Source: Macrostomum lignano (Eukaryota). Taken from it: a DNA stretch of 64,000 nucleotides. The notes under the pieces were generated by a model, which was given only the letters and a program-made list of their open reading frames with translations, was not told the DNA's origin and did no database searches. Position 1 is the first letter of the stretch; each line of letters starts with the position of its first letter. The stretch lies in contig NIVC01000542.1 of assembly GCA_002269645.1 (NCBI GenBank), positions 1-64,000 of the forward strand, given 5' to 3'. The translations under genes and the position numbers were made by a program. Below, one piece after another: positions 35,892 to 48,978 of the stretch.

Positions 35892-38226
35892 CTACACTGA
35901 CTGAGTCGGGGGCTTCGGTGGACTCTTCAAGTCGTCGACATCGTAGACGTGAAACCAGGGCGAGGCGCTGCTGTGCGTGAGGAAATAATCCTTGAAATTC
36001 TTGAAGACGCCCTGGTTGAAGGGGCTCTTGAGCACCTTCGGCATGCTGGTCTGGAAGTGGGCGTAGCGGAAAGAATTAAATCGCTCGTTGGTTGTCATGT
36101 TGACGCACAGCATCTGCCACAGCTGGCTTAGCAACAGCATAGCAACCCAGAATAGGTACAGCGAGTCGAGGCAAGCGCAGAAGAATGCCCAGGTTGAGCA
36201 GATCGGAGTCCTGGTGAAAAGAGCCTTGAGCCCCACGGTGTCCCAGTCCAGGCTGCAGGAGCTGTCCGGGTGGTACACGTAGGACAGGAACATCTTCAGG
36301 AACATGGAGGTGCCGAGCACCACGCCGGTGAGGTAGCCAACGAAGGTGCGGTGGTTGGCCACGCCTACGCAGTTGTACACCCAGGGGCAGTGGTGGTCCA
36401 TGCGGGCCACACAGCGGCCGCACATGTCGCAGTGCTTGGACCGGAGCGGCTTCTGGATGAGACAGGTGGAGCAGAAGTTATCGAAGCTGGCCGATGGATC
36501 CTCGCAGGTGCGCACGATGGACTGCACGCGGGCGGTCTTGTCGATCTTCAGGAAGCCGGGGTCCCGCACAGCGCAGCGCCAATGAAAGTAGAACATGCCG
36601 GATATGACGGTGGTGAACAGCACAATGTCCCCATAGCTATTGTAGGGGAACATCAGCAGCACGCAGGTAGACGTCAGGATCACCTCGGAGCCCACGGCCA
36701 GCCCGAACGGCAGCAGCATGGGGTAGCGCAGGTCCAGGCACTTCCGGCTGAACACCAGGCGGAAGAACACGGCCAGGCCGACTAGTAGCGCCAGCTTCAG
36801 CACGTAGGAGATGGCGGCGTGGAAGATGAGGCCAGCGCAGGCCAGCAGGAGGCTGGGCACCGCCAGCATGCACCAGCGCCGGTTCTCCCTGGTGGCCAGC
36901 GACCGGAAGAAGCCGCCAGCGCTAGCCGACGAGTCGCGCAGCATCCCCCGGTCCGACATCATCTCCTTGAGCCGTTCGGCCAGCCAGCGCATTTTCTTCT
37001 GCTGCAGAATCTGCACGGGCGTCTCGCCGTTGGCGTTGATGGCCGTCCAGTCGACGCCGGCGCGGTCCAGGCAGCCGAGAACGATCTGGTTGCCGCCCAG
37101 AGCAGCAAAGTGCGCCGGCGTGTTGCCGCTGTTCGGCTCGGACGCGTTCGGGTTGGCGTCAAAGGCCAGCAGCACCCGGGTGGCGTCGGGCTGCAGCACC
37201 CTCAGCGCCGTCCACATGAGGGCCGTCATGCCTTTGCAGTCGCGCAGGTTGGGGTCGGCGCCCTTGGCCAGCAGGTAGGCCAGGATGTGCGTGTAGCCGA
37301 ACTGGGCAGCCAGGTGCAGGCAGGCGAGGCCCTCAGCGTCCGTCAGCAGCGGATTGGCGCCCATCCGCATCAGCAAACAGCAGGCAGACAGGTTGCCTTG
37401 GCGACAGGCCCAGTGCAGAGGGGTGCCCTGCGGTCATCAATGGCATTTCAGATAAGAAACGTAAAGAACAATTACGGAAATTACCCGATGCAAACGGCAC
37501 CAAGGCCAAGAAAGCAGCCCAGAGTCACTTGCATCACCTCAGAGTCGCTGCAGGTAACACAGGTAAAATAGGAATACGAGATGTCACGGCCGGTACAAGT
37601 CGCCTAAGTCGTAAGGCGTTTTTTACTGTCTGCGACTCAGAACCGACTCTGGGGCAACGCAAGTGACTCTGAGCACTTCTATAGTGACTCTTGGGCCGTA
37701 GAGTCGTATCTGAGACTATAATAGCTAAGACAGATTATGAATGAGTAATTCCCATATCTCTCACGACCCGCTGCCCCAGACCCCTATCCTTCCCAAGCCA
37801 GACCTGCAGATCGCCACCGGGACGGTCAACAATGGCACCGTGGTTGACCAGCATCTGCATGATCTCCAGCCTGTTGTTGATGGCGGCCCAGTGCAGCGGC
37901 GAAACGCCCTGACTGTCCAGCGTGTTGGCATCGAAGCCGCTGTTGAGCAGCTCGCGAACTCTTGGCACAACTCCGTACTGACAGGCCTTGACCATGTCCC
38001 AGTTGCTGGTGTCCTGTTGTACCTGCTGCTGCTGCTGTTGTTGCTGCTGGGTCTGCATCCGGTAGGCCGGGTCCACAGGATAGGCCTTGCCCTCCGAGTC
38101 CATGGGGATCGGAGCTGCGGCAGCTGCGGCTGCGGCGGCCATGGCGCCGGGTGTCATGCCGGCGAACGGGTCGTGGCCTCCGTGGCTGTGACCGTGACCG
38201 TGATCGTGACTGTGACCGTGGTGCAT
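35892..38226 (-). CDS. ZDHHC17: Ankyrin-repeat DHHC palmitoyltransferase (HIP14/ZDHHC17/13 family), 652 aa
   Basis: Exons 38226-37804 and 37427-35892, phase 0, 1959 nt. Ankyrin repeats (SPLHWAAINN, TPLHWACRQG, CLHLAAQFG, TALMW, TPAHFAA), TM segments, DHHC-CRD KPLRSKHCDMCGRCVARMDHHCPWVYNCVG, TTNE motif and SPFNQG. Confidence 0.95.
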
Positions 38227-39229
38227 TGCTGACTGCCTTTGGAGCTGAATATATTGAAGATTTTTTTAGCAGCTATCAATACGGCCGTGAGCACCATCTC
38301 CAATGCGACTTTACATGAATAACTGCATTGTTAATAAAGGTAATCAATAAGTTAATAAGATGGTTACCTAAGATAAAAATGATATTAATTTTTTTACTCG
38401 CATCAATGAGCACCTCAAGGTCCTCACCTATTGAAGTTGGCATCTTGACAAACTGCTACTTGTGACTGTGGGAACCTCAGTACATGAGTGTATGCAATAC
38501 ATCAACTATAGCTTGTATTTATATTGTATGACAAAGAATTAGCTTCATTCTTTGGGTTTATTCAACCCAATCATATTTGGCTTGGCTTAATAAAAATAGC
38601 TCTTATACCAATCATTTTATTTGGCATCCGAGTTGCTTTATACCTAAGTTGTACATTCTTAATTTTAGTGTTAGTTATACAAAATTATCAATTTTCATAG
38701 ATATATTCAAGATCACTAGAATATACGAGTACAATATGGAGATTGCAAGACAGCTTGAGTGACATTATTGCTAATCACTAGTCAAGTCTCAGAGAGAGAA
38801 CAATGCAGTCCTAATAACTAGCAAATCAATATGACTACTCAGCTTCTAGATCTAATGTTGCTACATCTATTATTGTTCTAGCATTCTTTACTAGTTCCAT
38901 GGTAATTAGCATCTGTAGTTATAACAACTAGTTTAATATTTAGCTTTCATATATACCTTTTAGAATTGCAACTTTTACTAGACCTAGAATTTAGTACATT
39001 TAGCAAAACTTATTACAAAGAAGATTCAATGCTAGAATTATTGTCATTAGACATTAATTAGTCTAAAATATACATTTTTAAATATTGTTTTTTCTAACAC
39101 TTATTGTTTTTGTTTGATGTTTAGACCATAGGCATAGCAATAAATTGTCTTAAATACTTGTAACTTAAATTAAAAGTTTTTGCCTAAAATGAAAACATTA
39201 GCTCTGCTCAATTTGACATTTTTCTGACC

Positions 39230-39795
39230 TGCAACAACTTGGGTCAGCTAATGGCCCAACATGATAGCTATAGTGGAAGAAGTTCATGGCTAGACTGTTG
39301 GCAATGTGGATGCAACAACTTGGGTCAGCTAATGGCCCAACATGATAGCTATAGTGGAAGAAGTTCATGGCTAGACTGTTGGCAATGTGGATGCAACAAC
39401 TTGGGTCAGCTAATGGCCCAACATGATAGCTATAGTGGAAGAAGTTCATGGCTAGACTGTTGGCAATGTGGATGCAACAACTTGGGTCAGCTAATGGCCC
39501 AACATGATAGCTATAGTGGAAGAAGTTCATGGCTAGACTGTTGGCAATGTGGATGCAACAACTTGGGTCAGCTAATGGCCAACATGATAGCTATAGTGGA
39601 AGAAGTTCATGGCTAGACTGTTGGCAATGTGGATGCAACAACTTGGGTCAGCTAATGGCCCAACATGATAGCTATAGTGGAAGAAGTTCATGGCTAGACT
39701 GTTGGCAATGTGGATGCAACAACTTGGGTCAGCTAATGGCCAACATGATAGCTATAGTGGAAGAAGTTCATGGCTAGACTGTTGGCAATGTGGAA
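39230..39795. repeat. Tandem repeat, 81-bp unit (80-bp variants), about 7 copies
   Basis: GCAACAACTTGGGTCAGCTAATGGCCCAACATGATAGC...GGCAATGTGGAT recurs. Confidence 0.93.
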
Positions 39796-41410
39796 TGATC
39801 AAAAAGAGCACAACCAAGGTGAGAAGACTCAGGACCCACTGTGGTCATCTACAACTGCCTAGTAATGATAATGGCATATACAACTTGAAGCAGATTGTGA
39901 TGCAGAATGCTCAGAAGCTGGCAGCCAATGAATAGGTCACTTGTGAGTTGCTAAGCTGGGTAATTGTGGGTATCAATGATGCTTAAAATAGTGACAATGA
40001 CTTTGTTTCACGGGAACCAGTTGGTGAACAACATTGCATTGAAATGAAAGGCAAAAACATCAAAATGAGTACTTCTCTAAAAAGAAACAGTTCTGATGCT
40101 AATATTGGTTTGGATGCTGATGGGGAAAAAAGAAGAAAAACTAATTATTGTTGATGAATATTGGCCACCAACTAGTTGCACTAGTGCTAAAAAGCATCTA
40201 AAACATCTAAATTAGAAATAGAGGGCAAACTTACAAAATACCAATTAAGCTAAATTATAGATAGTTTAAACAAATACAAAAAATGCAAATTAGCTACATT
40301 CTTTCTAAAAATAGGTAAGCAATATGTTGTGAGCTGTGCCTTGCAATGTCCTAAACCCTGCACTCTCTACCACAGAGGCACCTGATTGGCTAGCTAGCCT
40401 TCCCTTTTCTTTCTCTCTTACCCTTCAACTCTTTGAGTTTTGCCCCCATCCCCTAGCCTTGTATGGCTTAGCCCCACCTAGCCTCCTGTTTTCAACCAGT
40501 ATTTATTTGCATACATGGCCCATGCCTGGCTCTATCCTGCCCTGCTCTCTCTCTACTACTACGTACTTTGTGCTAGTGCAAGTCAGCAACAGTTGAGCAG
40601 AATAAAATATAGAGGCCAGGCCTATATGAGCACATCAAGTGACCCCTCCTAATAAGACAGTATTTGCTTTCATTCATTTCTCCTATCTTTATTATACACT
40701 TTTCTCACCACTATCTTCATTTGGGTCTACAAAGTGTCTATATGCCTCTAGACCTGTGCTCACCTTTGCTGCTGCTATAGCTACTTGCTCACAGCCTCCT
40801 TATCTATATCTACCTCTTGCTGTAGAGCTGGATGAGTGTCTGTACACTCCTAGCCTTTCTACTTCTATCTCAAAGTGTCCATACACCTTGGAGGTCATCA
40901 TTCTCTTACCTATCATACACAACAAGCTGTAGGCAGTCTAGTATTCAAATCCCCAATCACCCCATCTGCAGTCCATATGGATGGAAGCTGAAAATACAAT
41001 ATTATGGTTACAGAAAATATAAAATTACTATTATTATATAAACATTTTCAACAAACTTTTAAAGCTTCTAGGAACTTGTTTATAACTGTAGCTTTGAACT
41101 AATATACAAATATACATCCATATACTAAAATGGTTTGTCAGTATCTATGTTAGTTTGAGATTGATTCTGACAAAAAATGACTAATTTTGATAAATAAGTA
41201 ACTAACCAAAGATTTATTCAATATGGCAGGAATCAATATTTATATTTTATTTTAATCTACATTAAATCCATAGTCAGGATTATGTTAATACATGCACAAG
41301 AAATTTTCAAAAAATATTTTGATTATATACTATATTCAGTAGTTTATGCTAGACAAAATATACTCATTAATATATCAAATGTACTAGTGTGGTATGGCCC
41401 CTCAGATATA

Positions 41411-42762
41411 CTTCGGCTGTCCGGAAAGTCGCGAGAATGTATTTAAAAAACCAGTCAGAACTATCAAAAAACACGATAACAGCACTAGTTGGTAATGTAA
41501 TCTCCCCTTGCATTGATTACAGCTTGGCAATGGTCAACGAGTTGCTGAACCTCTCTTTTTAAACAATCTTCGTCAAGGCTTCTTGCCCACTGCAACGCAG
41601 CTTCTCGAACTTCATTGTGGTCGCTGAATACTCACCTGGAGAAATCATTCTTCATCCAACTGAACAAAAAACGGTCGCACAGATTGAAGTCTGGGCTGTA
41701 GGGACTCTGAAACACCAGCTGAACTCCACGGGACTCCATGTACTGCTGCACAGAACGAGCTACGTGAGGTCGCGCATTGTCCCACTGCCAAAGAACATCC
41801 GACAGGTGAATTGGCTTTGACCTCAGAGTACGCCATCGGTCTCCCATGTGCCGAATGAATTCAACTATGCCATCTGCATCAACAGTTTGCTTCAGGGCTG
41901 TGGATTTAATGGAGAAGCACTTGCTTGGAGTGAAAGCAACCAGAAGCATTGTCTTTGCATTCCCAACCGAGTGCCTGACAACCTGGGGCCAATGATCTCC
42001 TTGGCCAAGCCAGCACCTGTTGTTTTGCTTTGTGCCAGTGTTGTTCAGGTACACCCACGTCTCATCTTCCACCACGTACTTGTCGCAAAAGTTTTCCACC
42101 CCCTCGTTGTAAAAAAGCCTGCGGATTTGCTTGGCACAATTGATGCAAGCAGTCTTGTTCTCCTCGGATAGAGCATGAGGAACCCAGATGGCAGAAACGT
42201 TTCGAAGGTGCAAATCCTCGGTCAAAATTTTGTGCACTGTTGTTTTACCAACTTCCAAAAAGTCGGCGAGGTCTCGGACACTAACTTTTGAATCCTCTTC
42301 AACGAGAGCTCGGCAGGTTTCGATCAGTTCCGTTGTCCTTGTTGACTGTGGCTGGCCAGTCCGAGGAGCTGAGGCCAGGGGAAATGCTTCATCACGGAAC
42401 TTTGAGTACCATCTGTAAACCGTTGACTGACCTGGTGCGGCATCTCCATAAACTTTAAGTAGTTCGTCATAACAACTAATAGCAGAGATTCCAAGACAGT
42501 ATCTAGCGTAGGCATAAGCCTGGAAATCTTCCATTTTGACGAACTCGCTATTAAATTTTTCAAGCTTGATCACCGCGTTGCATTGGTTATTGAGCACTTT
42601 ATGCTGAGCTCGCCCCTGCCCCCAATTTTGCTGCTAGAATAACAAAAATTTTCACCATAGACATATATAAGTCTATTATTGAAATTTTATGTGTGCCATG
42701 TCATCAGCTTGCTGCTTTCTTGCTTGACTGACACATTCTCACGACTTTCCGGACAGGCGAAG
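41411..42762 (-). mobile_element. Full-length mariner (Tc1/mariner, DD34D) transposon, 1352 bp
   Basis: 30-bp TIRs CTTCGGCTGTCCGGAAAGTCGCGAGAATGT / ACATTCTCACGACTTTCCGGACAGGCGAAG (2 mismatches), with TA target duplication at 41409-41410 and 42763-42764. Confidence 0.95.
41485..42534 (-). pseudogene. Mariner transposase with one in-frame TGA (41632-41634)
   Basis: The frame starts MEDFQAYAYARYCLG and contains WVPHAL, VEDETWVY, WDNARPH and YSPDFNLCD (34 residues between D2 and D3). After the TGA it continues VFSDHNEVREAA...VINARGDYITN* to the natural stop at 41485. Confidence 0.9.
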
Positions 42763-43910
42763 TATTATAACATTGTGACTAATATTTAAATATTAATTAA
42801 TAACTTGCTTCATAATTCCTAGAAGCACCAACTACTAATATGCAATCATTAAGTTATGAATACTATACTAAGTTTGTTTTAATGCACTCAAATATTCACT
42901 CTAAATACTGCATGAATTGAATTCAAATTCCATGCTCCTTTCTTGCCTGGAACTCTCAATTGTGCTTTTCCCAGTTTTGTATTGGCTCTTACATAGCCTA
43001 GTCTTATGTGTTAGATTACTAAATATATATTATGTTAGTATAGAGCATGTAGCTAATTGAAATCAATGATCATGGATAGTGTTAAACATTGAAATATCAG
43101 AATAAGATAAAGTTTCTAAGTCTAAATATTAAAATATTAAATAAATATTAAATATTATTATACTTTAAGACTATGCTAGTAAGGGTCTAGGAGGCTGATT
43201 ACCTAATATATTTGTTTTGTCATTTAGTTTGGTGTTAAATATTTGTTAATTGTAACATAAGCTAACTATTCCTAACAATTAAAAATTGATAATTACCTAT
43301 TATAAGGCCATTAAAAATTACTTATATTCAATTAATGTAAACCTTAAGCTAAGCAATTTGTCTTTGATTGCTTTGTCATTTGATCATACCTTTGTTTGGT
43401 GGCAGCAAGCTATATTTTATATTATATCTTATAATTATTATTAGCATTGGGATATACAATATATCAAGAAATATTAGCCTCACTCTATTAGACCATCTCA
43501 AGGTAATACTCAATGGCTAGTGCAGCATAATAATAGAATTAACCTATTAACCTATTAATCACCATTATTGTGATTCAACAGTTTAAAAGTGTGGTGACAA
43601 TTAGCCCCTTAATTCCTAGCTAGACCATAGTCTGGAAGAAAGGTGGTATGCCAGATTAATGCAGCATATAATCATGACTTTTGGCATACATGGTACACTT
43701 TACATACAATTTTTTTTAAATCTGGCATACTATCTGGCATATAAAAATGGATAGTGAAAAAGTGGCATACATGTTCCTGCAGTTGCAGAATCAAATTGTG
43801 AAATAAAAGTAAATTTAAATGGAAAGTAGTTATTTTGAAAGAATGAAAGAAATCTTGGCATATATTGACTTCCCACTATAAAGAGTATCAGCTCTAAAGA
43901 GTAAAGAGTA

Positions 43911-45409
43911 ATTCCAATTTAATCCACACAGATCCATGTCAATAATTTATAGCTTATCCCCATGGCAGCTTATTGAAATAGCTGCCACCATTCAAGTCTA
44001 TAGGCTGTGTCAATAATTCCAATTTTATCCATATAGATCTGTGTTGATAATTTCTAGCTTATCCCCACTAGTGTTCCCACTCAGCAACTTTCATTTTTTG
44101 TGCCAAGCTATTCATTTTTGCTCCATGGATATTTTTTGTGCCATTATCACTCTATCTCTAAGGCTCTAATGCAGTATGATGCCTATTGAGATATTAAAAA
44201 AATCTCAAAACCTAACATCCAGGGACCTCAATCATAAATCATCCAGTTTTGGACGAGATAAAACACTACAACTTGGCAAAAAATGGGTAAAAATGGCAAC
44301 AATAGCATGCGCATGAGACATTAATTTTTCCAAATCAATACTGCAATTATAAAACATAATAGTTTCTATCTGACACTATCAGGGTTGGCTTTGTTATTCT
44401 AATGGTACATAAAAAGTATGTTAAGAGAATTTATATAAGAAGCATACAAAAAGCATACAAAAACATGGAAAAGGGTTACAATTTAGGTGCCAATTTTCCA
44501 CATTTTCAGATTTGCGCCAAACCTTATTAATTGCACATTTGTGCCATATTGCCTCATTTTCGGTCATGGTGCGAATTTGCGCCAGAGTGGGAGCACTGAT
44601 CCCCATGCATACATGCGCAACCTCCAAAATTCGGTTGGCTGTGTGACTTAGTTTTAACAAAATGAGATGTAGTTTTTGGCCAAAAATGCGACTTACATGT
44701 AAAAAAACCATAAAGCAAATTTAATGCAACTTTTGGTTTAGTAACCGGCAGGAGTAATATGACTGTCTTATTAAGCCAAAATGCCTCGTCAGCTACTTAG
44801 TATTACTACTTTGGTATTTTTTGGGTAAGCGTTTTTGCAACTTCCTTGGTTGGCCACCAAATCAGTTGGCCAGATCGGCCGACTTAGCCAACTGTTGCGC
44901 ATGTATGTCCCCATGGCAGCTTATTGAAGTAAAGAACCTTAAAATGAATCTGTTCAAAAACTATCTTTTTGTTTTCACTGTTTTACAAATCTTCCAAATA
45001 AACTACATGTACTAAGTACTAAATAGTATTGAGTACTTTATTAAAACTTTTTGTCATTAAAAGGTTAATTTTAAATATTTGCTTAGCTGCCAGCTTTGCT
45101 TAGAATGACCAAATGACCAAAAGATCAAGGCAAATAAGACTTGCAAAATTCAAAATTCAAAATTTAATAATAATGATAATATTACTAATAATAATGACAA
45201 TATTGATTTAATGTCAGTACATAGAACTAAACACAAACAACTACACAATCTTAGCCATGGGGATAAGCTGAAAATTATTGACATGGATCCATGTGGATAA
45301 AATTGGAATTATTGACATGGCCTATAGACTTGAATGGTTGCAACTATTTCAATAAGCTGCCATGAGGATAAGCTGAAAATTATTGACATGGATTTGTGTA
45401 GATAAAATT
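43911..45409. mobile_element. Non-autonomous element with inverted arms of about 155 bp
   Basis: 43911-44066 (GATCCATGTCAATAAT...AGCTTATCCCCATGGCAGCTTATTGAAATAG...TTCAAGTCTATAGGC) matches the reverse complement of 45257-45409. Confidence 0.65.
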
Positions 45410-46540
45410 AGACAATGGTGGATCTAGAGTTTCATTTTGAGGTAGGGGGCAATCCAAGTTTGGGGCATCAATACAAGTATAAGGGGCACCAAAAATGTGT
45501 GTATGGGGCAAAAAGTCAAGCTTAGGGGTGCTAAAATACATATAGTGCGCAAAAAATCAAGCTTAAAGGCACAAACAATGTCTTTAGAGGGCGAAAAATC
45601 AAGTTTAGGGGCACAAAAAATGCATTTAAAGGGCAAAAAGTCAAACATAAAGGTGCAAAAAAGGAGGTGAAAAATCAAGTATAGGAGGTACAAACCCAGG
45701 TTTTTTTAAGGGACGCAATATGTTTTGTCAAGCTATTTTGGCAAAGGGGGCAGCCACCCTCCCAACCCTCCTAAATCCACCCCTGAAATTAGAATTATCG
45801 GCATAGGACCATGTGGATAAGCACTTCCATATAATATAGGCCTATGCTATAATAATGTACTATAACTAGGTATCACAAATTTATGCCAGAAATGTCTGGT
45901 TCAAGTAGGCCTAGTATGATCCTAAAGTGTAATATTGAATAAGCACTATATTCCCAGATATTATTACAATGAAAATTCTTTTATGTAGCAAGGTCCTAGG
46001 TAGTTTAGTACTATATGCATAGCATATATCATGGAGCTAGCAAAGTTTTAATGTGCTACTTATAGCAGTGCATACTAAATTTTTTTAAGATGCCATCATT
46101 ATTATTAGAATTATATACTATGTCACATGGGAATTTTTGAGTTTTGTTTATGATGATATTTTATTTGTATTTAAATATTTTATGATAACATAAAAAATAC
46201 ATTGTTTTCATTAATGTAAGGTAAAAAAGTATAACTTTATTCAAGTTACTACAAAATTCAAGCATTTATTTGTGTTTTTAGATTTGCATTCTTTAGTTTA
46301 CAAGTTTTGAATACTTTACTTTTTCTAACATTGAGGACCTACCATAGCCTAGCTTACATGCAGGTTTTGCAACCCCTCTCTTGTTGGTCTACTAGTCTAG
46401 TCTATTGGCGCACACTAGATAGATTTGATCTAATGGCATAGTTAAGATTTTGAAATGAATGGATAACTGGTCTGAAATGTTAATCACAATAAAAAAAGTT
46501 ACTTTTTGTATTTTTTTTTGCTACATTTGCATTAAAAAAG

Positions 46541-47837
46541 GGCATTCTTTTGTCTTACGATGCCCAAAATTATATCTGTTTTGTCTTACAATGCCCAAAA
46601 TTGTATCTGTTTTGTCTTATGATGCCCATGTTAAATAAGCAAGAAGGCTTTAAAAATGTATACTTTATGACAGAAGAGTGCAGTGTTTCAAAGGTCTTAA
46701 ATTGAGTCACACAGTTGGTTTGTACTTCTGACTATATTTCCATGGAAATGTCTCAACTCACGCGCTTTAACATTGTGTCCGCCCTCATTAGCAATTGAAG
46801 CTGTCGAGCCATTATAATCCATTTCATTTTATAATGCCTTAGGCCATAGTCAGGAAGGTGGCATGTGTACGCCGGAATGAAATTCGGGTAGGGCTACCTA
46901 TGTATGCCAAATGTAACCATATGTACGCCAAATATACCGTAATGCACGCCGAATATAGGCCCTACTGTAATGCACCCATGCACGCCGATTAGTTAATTGT
47001 TTATCAGCTTATTAGGACGCTGAATGAAGTAAAAACCTTCCGTTGCAACGAATATTCGACAAGTTTGGTTGTTGTACTATACCAACAAGTTTAGTCTTTT
47101 TTAATTTGTTTAACTGAAGATGTTAAAATTAAAATGACCATTTTAAATTACTGTAAAGTTTTGGCAGAGATTTGAATAAGAATATACGGTAGACATAATA
47201 GAGAATTAGCACTGCCTTATATGCCAACCTTATATCCCATATCATGCCACATATTTGCAGCGTACATGGCATATGCTGAATGTACGCCAACTGTTGCAAG
47301 GCAGACCAAATGTACGCCAAATGTACGCCGAATATCTATGGCTATGCCTATGCACGTCGGAATTTTCGACGAAAAAGGCCACCTTCCTGACTATGGGCCT
47401 TAGGGCCTATGAATAATTATAACATCTGGGGCATTGCAAAACAAAATGGATATTATAGGCCTGGTGGGTTGGGTGATTATAAGAATGATCCTAGTGGGCG
47501 CTTTGTAGCCATGGCTAAAGAAGTGATAAACCAATTTAAGGACTTGAAGAAACCCCCTTCTCACTTTCGTCTTACGATGCCCAATGGCCAATGTATAATT
47601 CTAACACTTGCGGCATCGTAAAACAAAATGGAATATATAGCTTGACTTTCATTAACGAACAACAATCTATCAAGTATACGAAATACAAAATACGTGTATA
47701 GTCATAAAACAAAAATTATACAGAAACTACACCATCACGCCTATGCCATATGCTTTCTATGGGCATCAGCCATCATAAAACGAACAGGGGCCGTCCCATT
47801 GAAATGCATAGCAGGCATTGTAAGACGAAAGAATGCC
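46541..47837. mobile_element. Putative MITE-like element (outer) with 24-bp inverted ends
   Basis: GGCATTCTTTTGTCTTACGATGCC (46541-46564) versus GGCATTGTAAGACGAAAGAATGCC (47814-47837); internal GTCTTACGATGCCC subrepeats. Confidence 0.5.
46840..47402. mobile_element. MITE-like element (inner), TA-flanked
   Basis: TAGGCCATAGTCAGGAAGGTGGC versus GCCACCTTCCTGACTATGGGCCTTA; internal (T)GTACGCC subrepeats. Confidence 0.6.
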
Positions 47838-48978
47838 AAAAAAGTACTTGAATTTGTATTACTAATAATGGTCTAAAAAACATTAATTTATTAAAATCAG
47901 AAAAACCCATTTCTCACATTATTAGAATCTTAGATATCTGTCTTATCCTATCTATGCCCTATGGCATTTTGGGAACTCGGGGTTGTTATATGTAGACTAT
48001 GAGTGTAGTGTAGACCTAGCTGCCTAGTTAGTAAGTTTAAGCTAGTTATTATTCATTTATAGCGATCAAATCAAATCAAATGCTATAGGCCCTAATAAAT
48101 TAATTAAATGGTATCAATCGAATTACACAAGAAAATATAAAATAAAGTCGGTTTATAGGCACTGGTCATTGTACTAGCCTTTGGTTATGGCTTAAGTCTT
48201 ATCCTCCGACACACATTGTGGCTGAGGCCTTGGTGCGCCGTGCGGGTGCGAGTGCGAGTGGTTTTAACCGCTAAATTAAAGTCATTAAATTGTGTCCTAA
48301 ATTCTAGTTTAGCTAAATGCACTGTTATTGGTGACTAGACCTAGGTATACTAAACGCATACTGGACCGTAACCCTAGTAGTCTAGTTTGGAAGGCTCAGA
48401 GTGACGAGTGAGCTGGCTGGGGTTTGGGATTTGAGTAGAGTAGAGTAAATACGAGCTAATGGACCATGCAAAAAATTTCTGTGAAAAGACATCGTTTTTT
48501 AAATGTGTGCTTCATTCTAACAAAATTCTATGTATAAATTATATAGCACTAATAATAACGCTCACAAATAGGACTTTAAGGAATGGTGCAGTGCTTTAAT
48601 TTCATAATATATATTAAAGCAACTACTATAAAGATAGTATTTCGCTGCTGCGATATTTTTAACATCCAAAAGCAAGATCATTTTTAAATAACGCAAAGTT
48701 TCGTGTATGTCGATCACAGACCTAACGACGGACGGCCTTTTGCTTTTGCCCAGCCTCATTTGCTTTGCTCAATAGGTAATTTTTATTTCGAAACACTGTT
48801 AATAGGGCTTGAATAAGATTTATTATTGTTGCATCTTTGCATTTCCATCTGTTTGCATGTTCATAAAATTTAATTCTCATTACATCGCATTTCAGATCTT
48901 CAGTTTTCGAAAAATCTTGCTATTACGAGCCAAAACTCCGACCTCAATTTTCAGTTGTAAAAACTATACAGGTTTATC

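Noticed and set aside
13855-38226. Enzyme-substrate coupling between ZDHHC17 and the SNAP gene in the cluster
   Set aside because: ZDHHC17 palmitoylates SNAP25, but the reconstructed SNAP29-type protein contains no cysteine, so it cannot be S-acylated.
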